A DNA stretch of 64,000 bases from an uncultured virus (IMG/VR IMGVR_UViG_3300032299_001035) (taxonomy: Duplodnaviria > Heunggongvirae > Uroviricota > Caudoviricetes), in the IMG/VR virus record IMGVR_UViG_3300032299_001035. One strand, given 5' to 3'. Position 1 is the first letter of the stretch. Each line of letters begins with the position of its first letter. A model generated the notes under the pieces. The model did not search any database. It was not told where the DNA came from and saw only the letters and a list, made by a program, of their open reading frames with translations. A program made the translations under genes and the position numbers. Shown piece after piece: positions 31,483 through 40,360 of this stretch.

Positions 31483-32625
31483 TTAATTTAAATAATTTAT
31501 TTTACTTTGATCAAAATCTTCTAATGCACTAGCAACCCATTTTTCATCAACTGTATCTTTATAACATAATACATGTATTACAGCTGTATCTTTTGGGTTA
31601 AGTCTTAGCATCCTAGCTAATCTTTGAGAACTTTTTCTTTCATTACCATATGCATGCATAATTATACCTGATTTTAAATTTGGTATGTTTACACCTTCAC
31701 TAAGTTGTAATACACAACTAAGTTTAGTAATGTTTCCATCTTTAAAGTTTAAAAGGTTTTCTTCACTGTCTGGATTGTTACTATGATAAGAATGCTTACA
31801 TAATTTGTCAGCTTGTTTTTGTGTATTACAAAATAAAATACATTTATCTGTTTCTTTATTTAACAAATCATTAGCATAAGCTTCTTTAGATGGAAATTCC
31901 ATCATAGCTTTCATTCTCATAATAGATGCTATTTGTTTAGACTTTTGTGAAGTTGCATCTTCTAATCTTTTTGTCCAATACATGTAATTGTTAACTTCAG
32001 CAGTGTAAAATGTAGCATTTTTTGTTTTAACTTCTATATTTTTATCATTGCTTAAAGAAATCATGTGTACATTAATAATATAATTGTTTAATATATTATC
32101 ATCTACAGCATCATTTATAACATATTCATATTTAATAGGACAATACTTATTAAACAATTGTCCTCTTATAGAATCTTTATGTCTTGGAGGTGTACCTGTT
32201 AAACCTAAAATTTTAGAATTTACATTTTTTAAATAATCATCATGTGATTCTAGTAAAGAATGTGCTTCATCTAAAATAATAATATCATAATCTGAAGTTT
32301 GTTTTTTTAGTGATAAATAAGTACAAAAAGTTGCATCCTTTAAAGTTTCATTTAAACTAAACTTTTCAGCTTCAGTTTTCCAGTTATCTATAATGCTAAG
32401 TTTAGGTGCTACAATTAATACTTTTAAATCTTTATTTTTACTAAAATATTGTAATGATTGTATATATTTTAAACCAATATAAGTTTTACCTACACCCATT
32501 CCTACAGCAGCACATGCTCTTGGAAATTTAAGTATTGTACTAATGCATTCTTTTTGAATATCATCTCTTGTTTTCTTCATATTATTCATCTTTAACATTA
32601 TATATGATTGCATGTTTAGATACAA
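31483..32625 (-). CDS. Superfamily 2 (DEAH) helicase
   Basis: MGVGKT, ILDEAH, GLTGTP, LSEGVNIP, QRLARMLR; true start probably near 32580. Confidence 0.9.
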   Translation of the reverse strand: MYLNMQSYIMLKMNNMKKTRDDIQKECISTILKFPRACAAVGMGVGKTYIGLKYIQSLQYFSKNKDLKVLIVAPKLSIIDNWKTEAEKFSLNETLKDATFCTYLSLKKQTSDYDIIILDEAHSLLESHDDYLKNVNSKILGLTGTPPRHKDSIRGQLFNKYCPIKYEYVINDAVDDNILNNYIINVHMISLSNDKNIEVKTKNATFYTAEVNNYMYWTKRLEDATSQKSKQIASIMRMKAMMEFPSKEAYANDLLNKETDKCILFCNTQKQADKLCKHSYHSNNPDSEENLLNFKDGNITKLSCVLQLSEGVNIPNLKSGIIMHAYGNERKSSQRLARMLRLNPKDTAVIHVLCYKDTVDEKWVASALEDFDQSKINYLN

Positions 32626-33130
32626 CCCAATAAATTGTACAAGTTTTTTTTTCAGTTATTGTATTTCTAGTTAAAATGATTAATACATCTTTTTTATTTT
32701 TATCAAATCCTCTAATTATAAAATGTAATCTATCTCCTTCAGTATGTTCTTCAGCTTTATCTTCTATAACATATCTTGAGTTATTTTTATCTTTTATACA
32801 TACAGTTGATTTATTAAAAATAATTGACAATTCAACTTTAGTTGTAGGAGTATAAATCCAGTTTTTTAATTTAGCATGATACGTACCTTTTTTAAAAGAA
32901 GTTGTATGAAATACTGATGGTTGTGCTTTTACAAACGTTGTTGTTAATATTATAATTAACAATAATAATAGTTTTTTCATTTTATTTTTTTTATCTTGTT
33001 TACAAGGTTTAAATATTTTTTGATATATATTCATTATAAATCCGAAAGCCATTGCACTATAAAGTACCAAAATTGTACCAATAATCCACGCATACTTTCG
33101 TAAATTAGAATTGTAATTATTATTTGCCAT
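32582..33130 (-). CDS. Membrane/secreted hypothetical protein
   Basis: Hydrophobic N-terminus and a second signal-peptide-like MKKLLLLL segment. Confidence 0.6.
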   Translation of the reverse strand: MANNNYNSNLRKYAWIIGTILVLYSAMAFGFIMNIYQKIFKPCKQDKKNKMKKLLLLLIIILTTTFVKAQPSVFHTTSFKKGTYHAKLKNWIYTPTTKVELSIIFNKSTVCIKDKNNSRYVIEDKAEEHTEGDRLHFIIRGFDKNKKDVLIILTRNTITEKKTCTIYWVVSKHAIIYNVKDE

Positions 33131-33150
33131 ATCATTTTATTTATTTTTAA

Positions 33151-33387
33151 TTACCATACTTCAGTCATACAAAAGTTTTCACCAACTACACCATCCATCC
33201 ATGTATTAAGATATACATAAAACTTTTTAGTATTTCCTGAACAATCATTTTTAATAGTTAAAGTATAATCATCAACATTTTCTATAGCATCATCTGTTAT
33301 AATACCACATTTACAATCCTTTAAAGTATCTTTTTTACAACTACCTAGTGCTGTTATAGTCAGCAGGACTAATATTAGTTTTTTCAT
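33151..33387 (-). CDS. Small Cys-rich lipoprotein
   Basis: MKKLILVLLTITALGSC lipobox. Confidence 0.7.
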   Translation of the reverse strand: MKKLILVLLTITALGSCKKDTLKDCKCGIITDDAIENVDDYTLTIKNDCSGNTKKFYVYLNTWMDGVVGENFCMTEVW

Positions 33388-33389
33388 AT

Positions 33390-34031
33390 TTAATCAATTA
33401 TTTCATTTATATCATAGTAAAAAGAATTTGTATTATTACTAACCCATCTATCACTTTCTGATTCAACACATTGAAGTTCAGTGTCTACTTTAAATTCTTT
33501 TGGGTCAACAGGAAAATCATTGGTTATAAAATTTGAATCTTTCCAATATATTCTGTTGTTAGGTTGGCACATTAAATAACCATCATCAGCTAATAATATG
33601 TGACCACATTTATAATCAGAAGGTTCATCTGAATATGGATTACTAAACCAGTCTACTGTAAATAAATAAGTAGCCCAAACAGATGTTTTATCTTTTAAAA
33701 TAACTTTGCATCTTTTTTCTGCTAAATATAAATATTCAATTACACTTACATTTTCTGAAAAACAATCCCATAATTGTTTAAAATCAGCCGGTATATCTTT
33801 ATCAGTTTCATTATAAAATAATTCTGATATAGGAACTCTGCTTCTTAACATACCATAATCTGTCATAATATGAAATGTTAATATTTTACCTGCTACACTT
33901 TGTATTGCAAAAGCATAACAATTATCAAATATAAGATTATCTTCTTCTTTTTTAGTTAACCAACTTCTTCTTACTTTTAATTTAAGATTTGGTATGTTTG
34001 TGTTTAACACATTTGATTCACTTGTTGTCAT
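33390..34031 (-). CDS. Conserved hypothetical phage protein
   Basis: QLWDCFS, YLFTVDW, QPNNRI motifs. Confidence 0.8.
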   Translation of the reverse strand: MTTSESNVLNTNIPNLKLKVRRSWLTKKEEDNLIFDNCYAFAIQSVAGKILTFHIMTDYGMLRSRVPISELFYNETDKDIPADFKQLWDCFSENVSVIEYLYLAEKRCKVILKDKTSVWATYLFTVDWFSNPYSDEPSDYKCGHILLADDGYLMCQPNNRIYWKDSNFITNDFPVDPKEFKVDTELQCVESESDRWVSNNTNSFYYDINEIID

Positions 34032-34038
34032 ATTTTTA

Positions 34039-34440
34039 TTATATTTTAATTTTTAAGTTTAATGCTATAGCATCTTCTGATGACATTTTATCATGAATAT
34101 AAGAATGACAACTATGGCAAGTTGATTTCCAAGTGTTTGTATCTAAGTAATGCTTACCCCTGTTACTACCTGAATACATATGATGTATTTCAGTAGCACT
34201 ACCTTTACAAACACCTGGTAAATTAACTTCACAAAATAAATGAGATTCTAAATAAAGTTTCCTTAATTTAGAATACTCATCATCTTGCTTTTGTTTTTTA
34301 ATGCTAACTTTTTTTATATTTTTTTTAGCATTTGGTAACATTTTATAAGTACATCCTTTACAATATTTTTTACCTTCTATACACTTGTATATGTAAGAAA
34401 GATTTTTACATAAATGACATATTTTTTTATTTATTACCAT
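34039..34440 (-). CDS. HNH-like Zn-binding nuclease
   Basis: CE....VC...ATEIHH...CHSCHSYIH. Confidence 0.7.
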   Translation of the reverse strand: MVINKKICHLCKNLSYIYKCIEGKKYCKGCTYKMLPNAKKNIKKVSIKKQKQDDEYSKLRKLYLESHLFCEVNLPGVCKGSATEIHHMYSGSNRGKHYLDTNTWKSTCHSCHSYIHDKMSSEDAIALNLKIKI

Positions 34441-34450
34441 AATTTAAGTT

Positions 34451-34975
34451 TTAAGAAATTTTATAAAAGTTTAAAGGAAGCTTTTCTGTTTCAATTAACT
34501 TGTCTATTATCATTTTATGAGATATTTGTAAATCTTTAAATGTACTATAATTTACTAATGTATCCACATAATAATCATTATTATTTAAATTTAATTCTTG
34601 TACAATTTTAGAATTAGGAAATAATTTACTTAATAAATTGTTAATTTGAATGTCAGTTATTTGTTGTTTCCATCTATTAAGTACTATTTGAGTTTGTTTT
34701 TGATTCTCAATTAGTTTAGATTTTTCCATAACTGTAAGCATTTTTAATTCTTTTTCACTTAATATTTCAATACCATATATAGCTAATCTGTAAACCCTAA
34801 TTTGTTTTGGATTTAAATTAACTGTTTCTTGATAATTTTTAAAATTATTACTGATATGTTTTTCCAGTAATGTTTCATTTTCTTTACCATATTTAATAAA
34901 GAAATTTTTTCGTTTATCTATATAATTTATAGATATGCCGTTAGTAGTTGCTGTAACAACTTTATTTTGTTTCAT
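34451..34975 (-). CDS. Hypothetical protein
   Basis: 174-aa ORF. Confidence 0.75.
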   Translation of the reverse strand: MKQNKVVTATTNGISINYIDKRKNFFIKYGKENETLLEKHISNNFKNYQETVNLNPKQIRVYRLAIYGIEILSEKELKMLTVMEKSKLIENQKQTQIVLNRWKQQITDIQINNLLSKLFPNSKIVQELNLNNNDYYVDTLVNYSTFKDLQISHKMIIDKLIETEKLPLNFYKIS

Positions 34976-35016
34976 GTTAAAATAATTTAGTTTTTTAAAA
35001 ATTAGTCAAATTTTTG

Positions 35017-35460
35017 TTATTCTAATATAAGATTCAATTCTTTATTAGCTTCAATAGCTTCTTTAATTTGAGCTGTATTATTGTGTTGAATTAATAAATC
35101 TTGCTCATTCATATTAGTTGTATAACGTTGTCTTCTATAAATAGGTTGACCATCTAATAAACAAGGAACACCTGTATTACCTGCCATTTTTATTTCTCTT
35201 TCAGCATTGTTTTCATTAAATGGAATAAAAGATTCTTCAATAATAATTTGACCATCTAATTCTTGATCTTTTGTAAAATTAAATTCTTTTAATTCATCAA
35301 ATTTACCAAAAATCAAACATGTTTTCTTTTGATTTTTAACCCAGTTTCCATTAATAATATTAGATTTTTGTTCTAATCTGATGTATCCTATTTCAGGATT
35401 AGCTGTAGGAATAATTACATTTCCTAAATCATCTGCTTGTACTTTTACTTTTGTTGTCAT
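35017..35460 (-). CDS. Hypothetical protein (possible OB-fold)
   Basis: 147-aa ORF; K.AG.TG..C..DGQPIYR. Confidence 0.75.
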   Translation of the reverse strand: MTTKVKVQADDLGNVIIPTANPEIGYIRLEQKSNIINGNWVKNQKKTCLIFGKFDELKEFNFTKDQELDGQIIIEESFIPFNENNAEREIKMAGNTGVPCLLDGQPIYRRQRYTTNMNEQDLLIQHNNTAQIKEAIEANKELNLILE

Positions 35461-35500
35461 TTTTTTACGTTTTTAATTGTTAATAATTGTTTTAAAATAA

Positions 35501-35529
35501 AAAAAGCAAGACTATTATGTCTTGCTTTT
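35501..35529 (-). terminator. Intrinsic terminator
   Basis: aaaagcaagac-tattat-gtcttgctttt. Confidence 0.75.
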
Positions 35530-35551
35530 AATTGTTGTTTATAAATAAATC

Positions 35552-35788
35552 TTATTCTTCTAATAAATCATCATCTATATCAAGTGATTTATCATTGTAT
35601 ACTTGATCTATAGGATCATATATATCGTCTATTACATTTTTGTCATTTAGGGCTGAATTTGAAAAAGGATTTTCATAAAATTCACCCACTTCATAAGCAA
35701 TAAAGTATTCAATATCTTCATCTGTCATTTGAAGATATTGTTCTATTGAAATTTCAATAACTTTACCACTGGTGAGTTGATATATCAT
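35552..35788 (-). CDS. Small acidic hypothetical protein
   Basis: MIYQL.SGKVI.ISIEQYL.MTD. Confidence 0.7.
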   Translation of the reverse strand: MIYQLTSGKVIEISIEQYLQMTDEDIEYFIAYEVGEFYENPFSNSALNDKNVIDDIYDPIDQVYNDKSLDIDDDLLEE

Positions 35789-35984
35789 ATAATGTAAATA
35801 TAAATTAAATATATTAATAACATATATGTCATATATTTAATATAATGGATAATAGAGCTATGAATTATACATCTTTTTTTTCCAATATGCATTTGTCTTG
35901 TTAATGCATTGTTGTTTTTCTTTTAATTTTTGTTTAAGTAACATGTTTTCTTGCTTTAAGTTACTTAATAATGTGCTTGTTGTG

Positions 35985-36269
35985 TTAGTAACTGCTGTCA
36001 TCATCATTATCATTTTTTGCATTAATCCAATCAGAAATATCTAAACTATTTGCAAATTCATTATCAAAATATTCAAATATTTCTAATCTTAAATCTTTAA
36101 TTTTTAGACCTTTACCATTTTTAGACCATTTTGATATTATATCACCATATTGTGTTTGCAATTCAATAGAAGTAATTTCAAAATTAAGTTCTGAATTAAC
36201 ATCAGCTTCAATAATGGTAGTTACAATACTATCAGAAAATTCTTTTATAACTTTTCTTGTATTCTTCAT
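35985..36269 (-). CDS. Hypothetical protein
   Basis: 94-aa ORF. Confidence 0.65.
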   Translation of the reverse strand: MKNTRKVIKEFSDSIVTTIIEADVNSELNFEITSIELQTQYGDIISKWSKNGKGLKIKDLRLEIFEYFDNEFANSLDISDWINAKNDNDDDSSY

Positions 36270-36270
36270 A

Positions 36271-37065
36271 TTATTTTTTAATTGGTACTAATAATTGAAC
36301 ACTATCTTCTTTAATTAATTTCCATTCTATTTCATTATTTAAATAAAATGCTTTGTTTTTATATTCACCACAACTTCTAATTTGAATTGGTGATTCATTA
36401 AAACCTAACAATTTAAATTGTTCAGTTGTAAGTATATCATAACTATATTTATTAACATAATCACTAAAATCAAATTCAGGTTTTGAAAAATATTCTGGAT
36501 GATTTTTTCTTATTACAGGTTTTAAAGAATTAGAAGCAATTTTTTCTAATTCTATTAGCGCACCTATTGTAGTAGTACCATCTATTTTAAAATTATCATT
36601 AATAAAATTTCTTTGTGTAGTATTTAAATAATCATAATATTCATTTAAATGTTTTCTTGAAATTTTTATTACATTTGATGAATTAATTTCATTTACTAAT
36701 TCTTCTTTTTTATCATATGAAGTAAATAATTCAACCATATCTTTAAGTTTAATAGAATAACTTTTTTTATCTATGTCAAAATCTGAACCTGATTCTACTT
36801 TTTGTAATGCATATTCAGACATAATATAATCTTTACCATCTTCTGATTCAATCCCATATATTGTTTTTTCTGTAAAACAAGGATGTTGTTGTACATTTAC
36901 TATAAGAGCAATTGATTTATTTTTTGGGCTATTACCTTCATTCCAATTTTTTAAATCCATTATTTGTGCCATTTCTTGATAAGTAGAGAATACTCCACCT
37001 ACATTTGTTACTTTTACTTTGTCTCCAATTTTAAATTTGTTTTCTGCCATGATTTTTATTTTCAT
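36271..37065 (-). CDS. Hypothetical protein with N-terminal SH3/KOW-like module
   Basis: KFKIGDKVKV. Confidence 0.7.
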   Translation of the reverse strand: MKIKIMAENKFKIGDKVKVTNVGGVFSTYQEMAQIMDLKNWNEGNSPKNKSIALIVNVQQHPCFTEKTIYGIESEDGKDYIMSEYALQKVESGSDFDIDKKSYSIKLKDMVELFTSYDKKEELVNEINSSNVIKISRKHLNEYYDYLNTTQRNFINDNFKIDGTTTIGALIELEKIASNSLKPVIRKNHPEYFSKPEFDFSDYVNKYSYDILTTEQFKLLGFNESPIQIRSCGEYKNKAFYLNNEIEWKLIKEDSVQLLVPIKK

Positions 37066-37449
37066 TTTTTATTTAATTGTTTTGTAAATAAACATTGTTA
37101 AATGTCCTAAAATACTTATTATAGCTAACATTATTACTATAAAGTATATAACCTCATCTAAATGAAATTTTCTGTTCATTTTTATTGTTTTATATCATTA
37201 TTATTTGTTTCTTCTACAGGTTCTAAATTAGATTTAATGTATTTAAATGTACCACGTTTAGGAATATATACTTTTACAGATTCATCATTGATTTCTATAA
37301 TAGTACCTACTTCTTGAGTGCTTTTAATTTTAATTTTTTCTCCTGTTTTCATTTTATTTCTTTTTATTTTTTTTTATTAATCATGTAAATATAATTTAAG
37401 TATTCTAAATTTTGCATGGTAGTAGTTGTTTCATTTCCCATATTTTATT

Positions 37450-37776
37450 TTATTTTGTTTTATATTGTTCAAACCATTCAGTAGGTATAGGTCTACTATT
37501 AATATCATCTTCCATTCTTAATATCCATTGAGCTAAATCATATTGATATTTTTTAAATAAATTCTTAACTTCTTCCTCACTATAACTTCTTTCTTTTTGC
37601 CATTTAGCACCATTATAAAAACCTAACATATGAGATGTATGATTTTCATTTACTGTTTTTGCATAAGCAACACCTGCTTCTTCAATTGTTTCTTGTTTAG
37701 GTTCTAATGCACCCTTTAATGACATATAATTTGCGGCTCTAAGTTTTGCTTCTTCAATTGTTTTTTGTTTATTCAT
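37450..37776 (-). CDS. ETIEEA...GAKWQ...YSEEEV family small protein
   Basis: Internal KQ(K/E)TIEEA duplication. Confidence 0.7.
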   Translation of the reverse strand: MNKQKTIEEAKLRAANYMSLKGALEPKQETIEEAGVAYAKTVNENHTSHMLGFYNGAKWQKERSYSEEEVKNLFKKYQYDLAQWILRMEDDINSRPIPTEWFEQYKTK

Positions 37777-37892
37777 TGTTTTAATTTAAATATTTAAAGT
37801 AAAGAATAATAAGACTGATTTTAATAAATAAAAGCAAATAAATAAACCAATCTTTATCATATATTTTTTTTATATGTTTCATGTTGTTTGTT

Positions 37893-38726
37893 TTAAAAAA
37901 TGTATCTAATATTTGCTAAATTAAAGAATTCAGAGTAAATTTTCTTAAATTCTTCTATTAATTTTGTTTTATGTATTAAAGGATACCTCATTATACCTGA
38001 AGAATTTTTAATTTCAGAACTATATTTCATAATTTTTTTAGATTCTTCTGTAGCTTTTTCCATTTGTCTAGCATGATTAGTAAGAGCTATAACTTCACAT
38101 TTATGTTCTCCTACTACTTCTTTAACTTCTTTAAATAGATTATAATAGTATTCTTTCCAATTTAAATAAAATATTAAAGGACTAAAATTAATATGAACTT
38201 CCCAGCCTAAATCTTTAAGTCTATTAATGTCTTGTATTCTACTAGATATTTTTTGCATCTTAGGTTCTAGTACATCTGAATACTCTTGTGGCATTAAACT
38301 AACCCTTACTCTGGGTTTTTTATTAAAATGTGTAACATCTAATTCTAATAGACTTGGATATTTAGTTGCCATAGTACTATTTAATCTGGGATGATCATCA
38401 TATCTTTTAAGATAGTCTAATAAAGGTTCAGGCATATGCTTCTGCATTAATACCAAATCTGAATTACAACTAACATCTACCATTGTATATACAGGATCTT
38501 GTTGGTCCGGTATCTTTGTATAGGATTTTTCCCATTCTACAACAGAATTAAATATATCATCTACATTAGTATTTACATACACCCTAGTATTATTATTTCT
38601 AGACATATAGCAATATGTATTAACACATCCTCCAAAACAACCATAAATAACATTAGGTGCAATACAGTTAGCACTGTTATCATTAGGTTTTGTTATAAGG
38701 GTTTTAGTTTTTTGTAGTTTAATCAT
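37893..38726 (-). CDS. splB: Spore photoproduct lyase-like radical SAM protein
   Basis: YGCFGGCVNTYCYM; DVSCNSD; ATKY; RVRVSLMP; EVHINFSP; EVIALT. Confidence 0.75.
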   Translation of the reverse strand: MIKLQKTKTLITKPNDNSANCIAPNVIYGCFGGCVNTYCYMSRNNNTRVYVNTNVDDIFNSVVEWEKSYTKIPDQQDPVYTMVDVSCNSDLVLMQKHMPEPLLDYLKRYDDHPRLNSTMATKYPSLLELDVTHFNKKPRVRVSLMPQEYSDVLEPKMQKISSRIQDINRLKDLGWEVHINFSPLIFYLNWKEYYYNLFKEVKEVVGEHKCEVIALTNHARQMEKATEESKKIMKYSSEIKNSSGIMRYPLIHKTKLIEEFKKIYSEFFNLANIRYIF

Positions 38727-38737
38727 ACTTTTTATTA

Positions 38738-38920
38738 TTATCCTATATCATCAGGAGCTGGTTGTTTACTAGGTTGGAAAACTATAATTTTACCATCTTC
38801 AAATGTAAGATTAATTTGCCCTTCATAATTATGTACAATACAATGTTGTATTAATTCTTTTATTTCTGCTACAGATGTAACAATTGTTGTTTTTACAATT
38901 GTTGTGTTTACTAATTGCAT
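38738..38920 (-). CDS. Hypothetical protein
   Basis: 60-aa ORF. Confidence 0.6.
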   Translation of the reverse strand: MQLVNTTIVKTTIVTSVAEIKELIQHCIVHNYEGQINLTFEDGKIIVFQPSKQPAPDDIG

Positions 38921-39055
38921 ATTAATTATTTTTTAAATTGTTAAAGTAAAAATATATGTTATCCATCCTAAATCTATTTGGATCCTACCATTTGCAAGTT
39001 TAGTAAATGCAAGCATTGGAAGAATTAACAATGTTTTATTTTTTTTCATATTTAT

Positions 39056-39265
39056 TTATTTTTTAAAAGTTTCGTTATAATATTGTTCTGCTTTTTTTGT
39101 AAAAAATGAATAACATCCATCGTCCCAAGCATCAATTATCTGTTTCATTTCCATTTGTTTAGCTTGTTTAAATGATTTTTCTAATTTATCCCATTCAATA
39201 TCTAATGGTAATATAATATCCAATTTAAAAATTAACCATTCAACTGCTGTTTGTTGCTTTTCCAT
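39056..39265 (-). CDS. TAVxW...AEQYYNET family small protein
   Basis: Paralogous to 21168-21386. Confidence 0.75.
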   Translation of the reverse strand: MEKQQTAVEWLIFKLDIILPLDIEWDKLEKSFKQAKQMEMKQIIDAWDDGCYSFFTKKAEQYYNETFKK

Positions 39266-39639
39266 ATTATTTTTCTGTATTTTAATGATGTAAAATCTGT
39301 TGTAGATGTCATAACATCAATGTTATCTATCATATTTTTAAAATATGGTTCACATTCATAATGGTCATGTGCTTTTTTATTAAGATGTATAACACTGGTA
39401 TGATCTTTAGGAATTATACTAATAACTTCACCAGCAGTTTCTAATTTATAACCTTTCTTTAATAAGAAATACACAGCTATTTTACGTGCATTTACAAATT
39501 CAGGCTTTCTAATCTGACTTACTAAGTTATTAATACTAACCTTTGTTTGATCACATATATTACTAAGTAGGCTATATTCATAACCATTTAATTTTTTAAG
39601 ATGTTTTTTTACTTCTTGGTCTGTTGCTGTTTTATTCAT
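39232..39639 (-). CDS. DnaA C-terminal (domain IV)-like HTH protein
   Basis: RKPEFVNARKIAVYFL...G...KDHTSVIH. Confidence 0.75.
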   Translation of the reverse strand: MNKTATDQEVKKHLKKLNGYEYSLLSNICDQTKVSINNLVSQIRKPEFVNARKIAVYFLLKKGYKLETAGEVISIIPKDHTSVIHLNKKAHDHYECEPYFKNMIDNIDVMTSTTDFTSLKYRKIIWKSNKQQLNG

Positions 39640-39661
39640 AAACTTATATTATTTAATTTAT

Positions 39662-39892
39662 TTAAAAAGCAACTTTAGAATATTTACTTATATCAAAAAA
39701 TCCATTACCATCATCAAAATTATATAAATCTTTTACAGCAATGTGTGGTTTAATGTTTAATTTTTTAATACTTTTAGTTAATACATGTGGAGTTGTATTT
39801 GCTATATTACATAATTGAGTATTACTCATTAAACCATAATTATGTTTTATGATTTCTATTTGTTCGTCTGTTAAGACAATTTTTGCTGGCAT
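39662..39892 (-). CDS. Small HTH-like protein
   Basis: LTDEQIEIIK.NY..MSN..L. Confidence 0.6.
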   Translation of the reverse strand: MPAKIVLTDEQIEIIKHNYGLMSNTQLCNIANTTPHVLTKSIKKLNIKPHIAVKDLYNFDDGNGFFDISKYSKVAF

Positions 39893-39924
39893 ATTTTATT
39901 TGTTTTAATTGTTTTTAAATTAGT

Positions 39925-40022
39925 AGCCAAGACAAGTACTGCCCTTGTTGCTGGATCTTTTGCCTTCATATTTTACAATACTACTCAACTTCACTCCCGT
40001 GTTACTTTTACACCACCTGACT
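39925..40022 (-). ncRNA. tRNA-like element 2 (no canonical anticodon arm)
   Basis: Acceptor AGUCAGG/CUUGGCU; D-arm GUGU/ACAC; T-arm ACAAG-GGCAGUA-CUUGU; central GUAUU-GUAA-AAUAU hairpin. Confidence 0.7.
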
Positions 40023-40159
40023 ATTTGATGAGGTTGGAGGTTTTAAGTCTTCCCATAAGTACTCATCACCTATTCTGCCTGATAGGACTTAACATTCATG
40101 AGAAGGTCAAAGTTCTCCAATGTCTGTTACTGTTCTATTTGACATCAAGTAACTGCAGC
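40023..40159 (-). ncRNA. Unassigned structured RNA between the two tRNA-like elements
   Basis: Four hairpins; loop-loop GUCAAA/UUUGAC and UUAAGUC/GACUUAA complementarity. Confidence 0.55.
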
Positions 40160-40259
40160 AGTCAGAACAGGATTTGAACCTGTAACTAGTTGTTAAAACT
40201 AGTACGTTACCTCAATATTTCTATTTTCAACTGCTGTCTACCAATTCCGCCACCTGACT
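40160..40259 (-). ncRNA. tRNA-like element 1 (Leu-type scaffold, no canonical anticodon arm)
   Basis: Acceptor AGUCAGG/UCUGACU; UGGCGGAAUUGGUAGAC D-region; variable stem ACUAGUU/AACUAGU; T-arm ACAGG-UUCAAAU-CCUGU; central AAUA-GAAA-UAUU. Confidence 0.8.
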
Positions 40260-40360
40260 ATTTGAACTTTTAAAACCCATCTTTTACAAGGTAAGGAAAC
40301 TCCATTCAATGTTTTTTGCTTCTTGCTTTTAAGGACAGATCTTTCCTTTAAACAAAAATA

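Noticed and set aside
21168..39265. Diversity-generating retroelement template/variable repeat pair
   Set aside because: Shared DNA is short, differences are not adenine-specific, and there is no reverse transcriptase in the window
40023..40159. Theta/HDV-like ribozyme after the tRNA-like 3' end
   Set aside because: No P3/L3 nested within P1 and no recognisable P1.1 or catalytic-C junction
39925..40259. Calling the two elements functional tRNAs (e.g. tRNA-Leu), suppressor tRNAs or tmRNA
   Set aside because: No 5-bp stem with 7-nt anticodon loop can be formed; no alanine-type acceptor or tag ORF; ORFs show no sign of recoding
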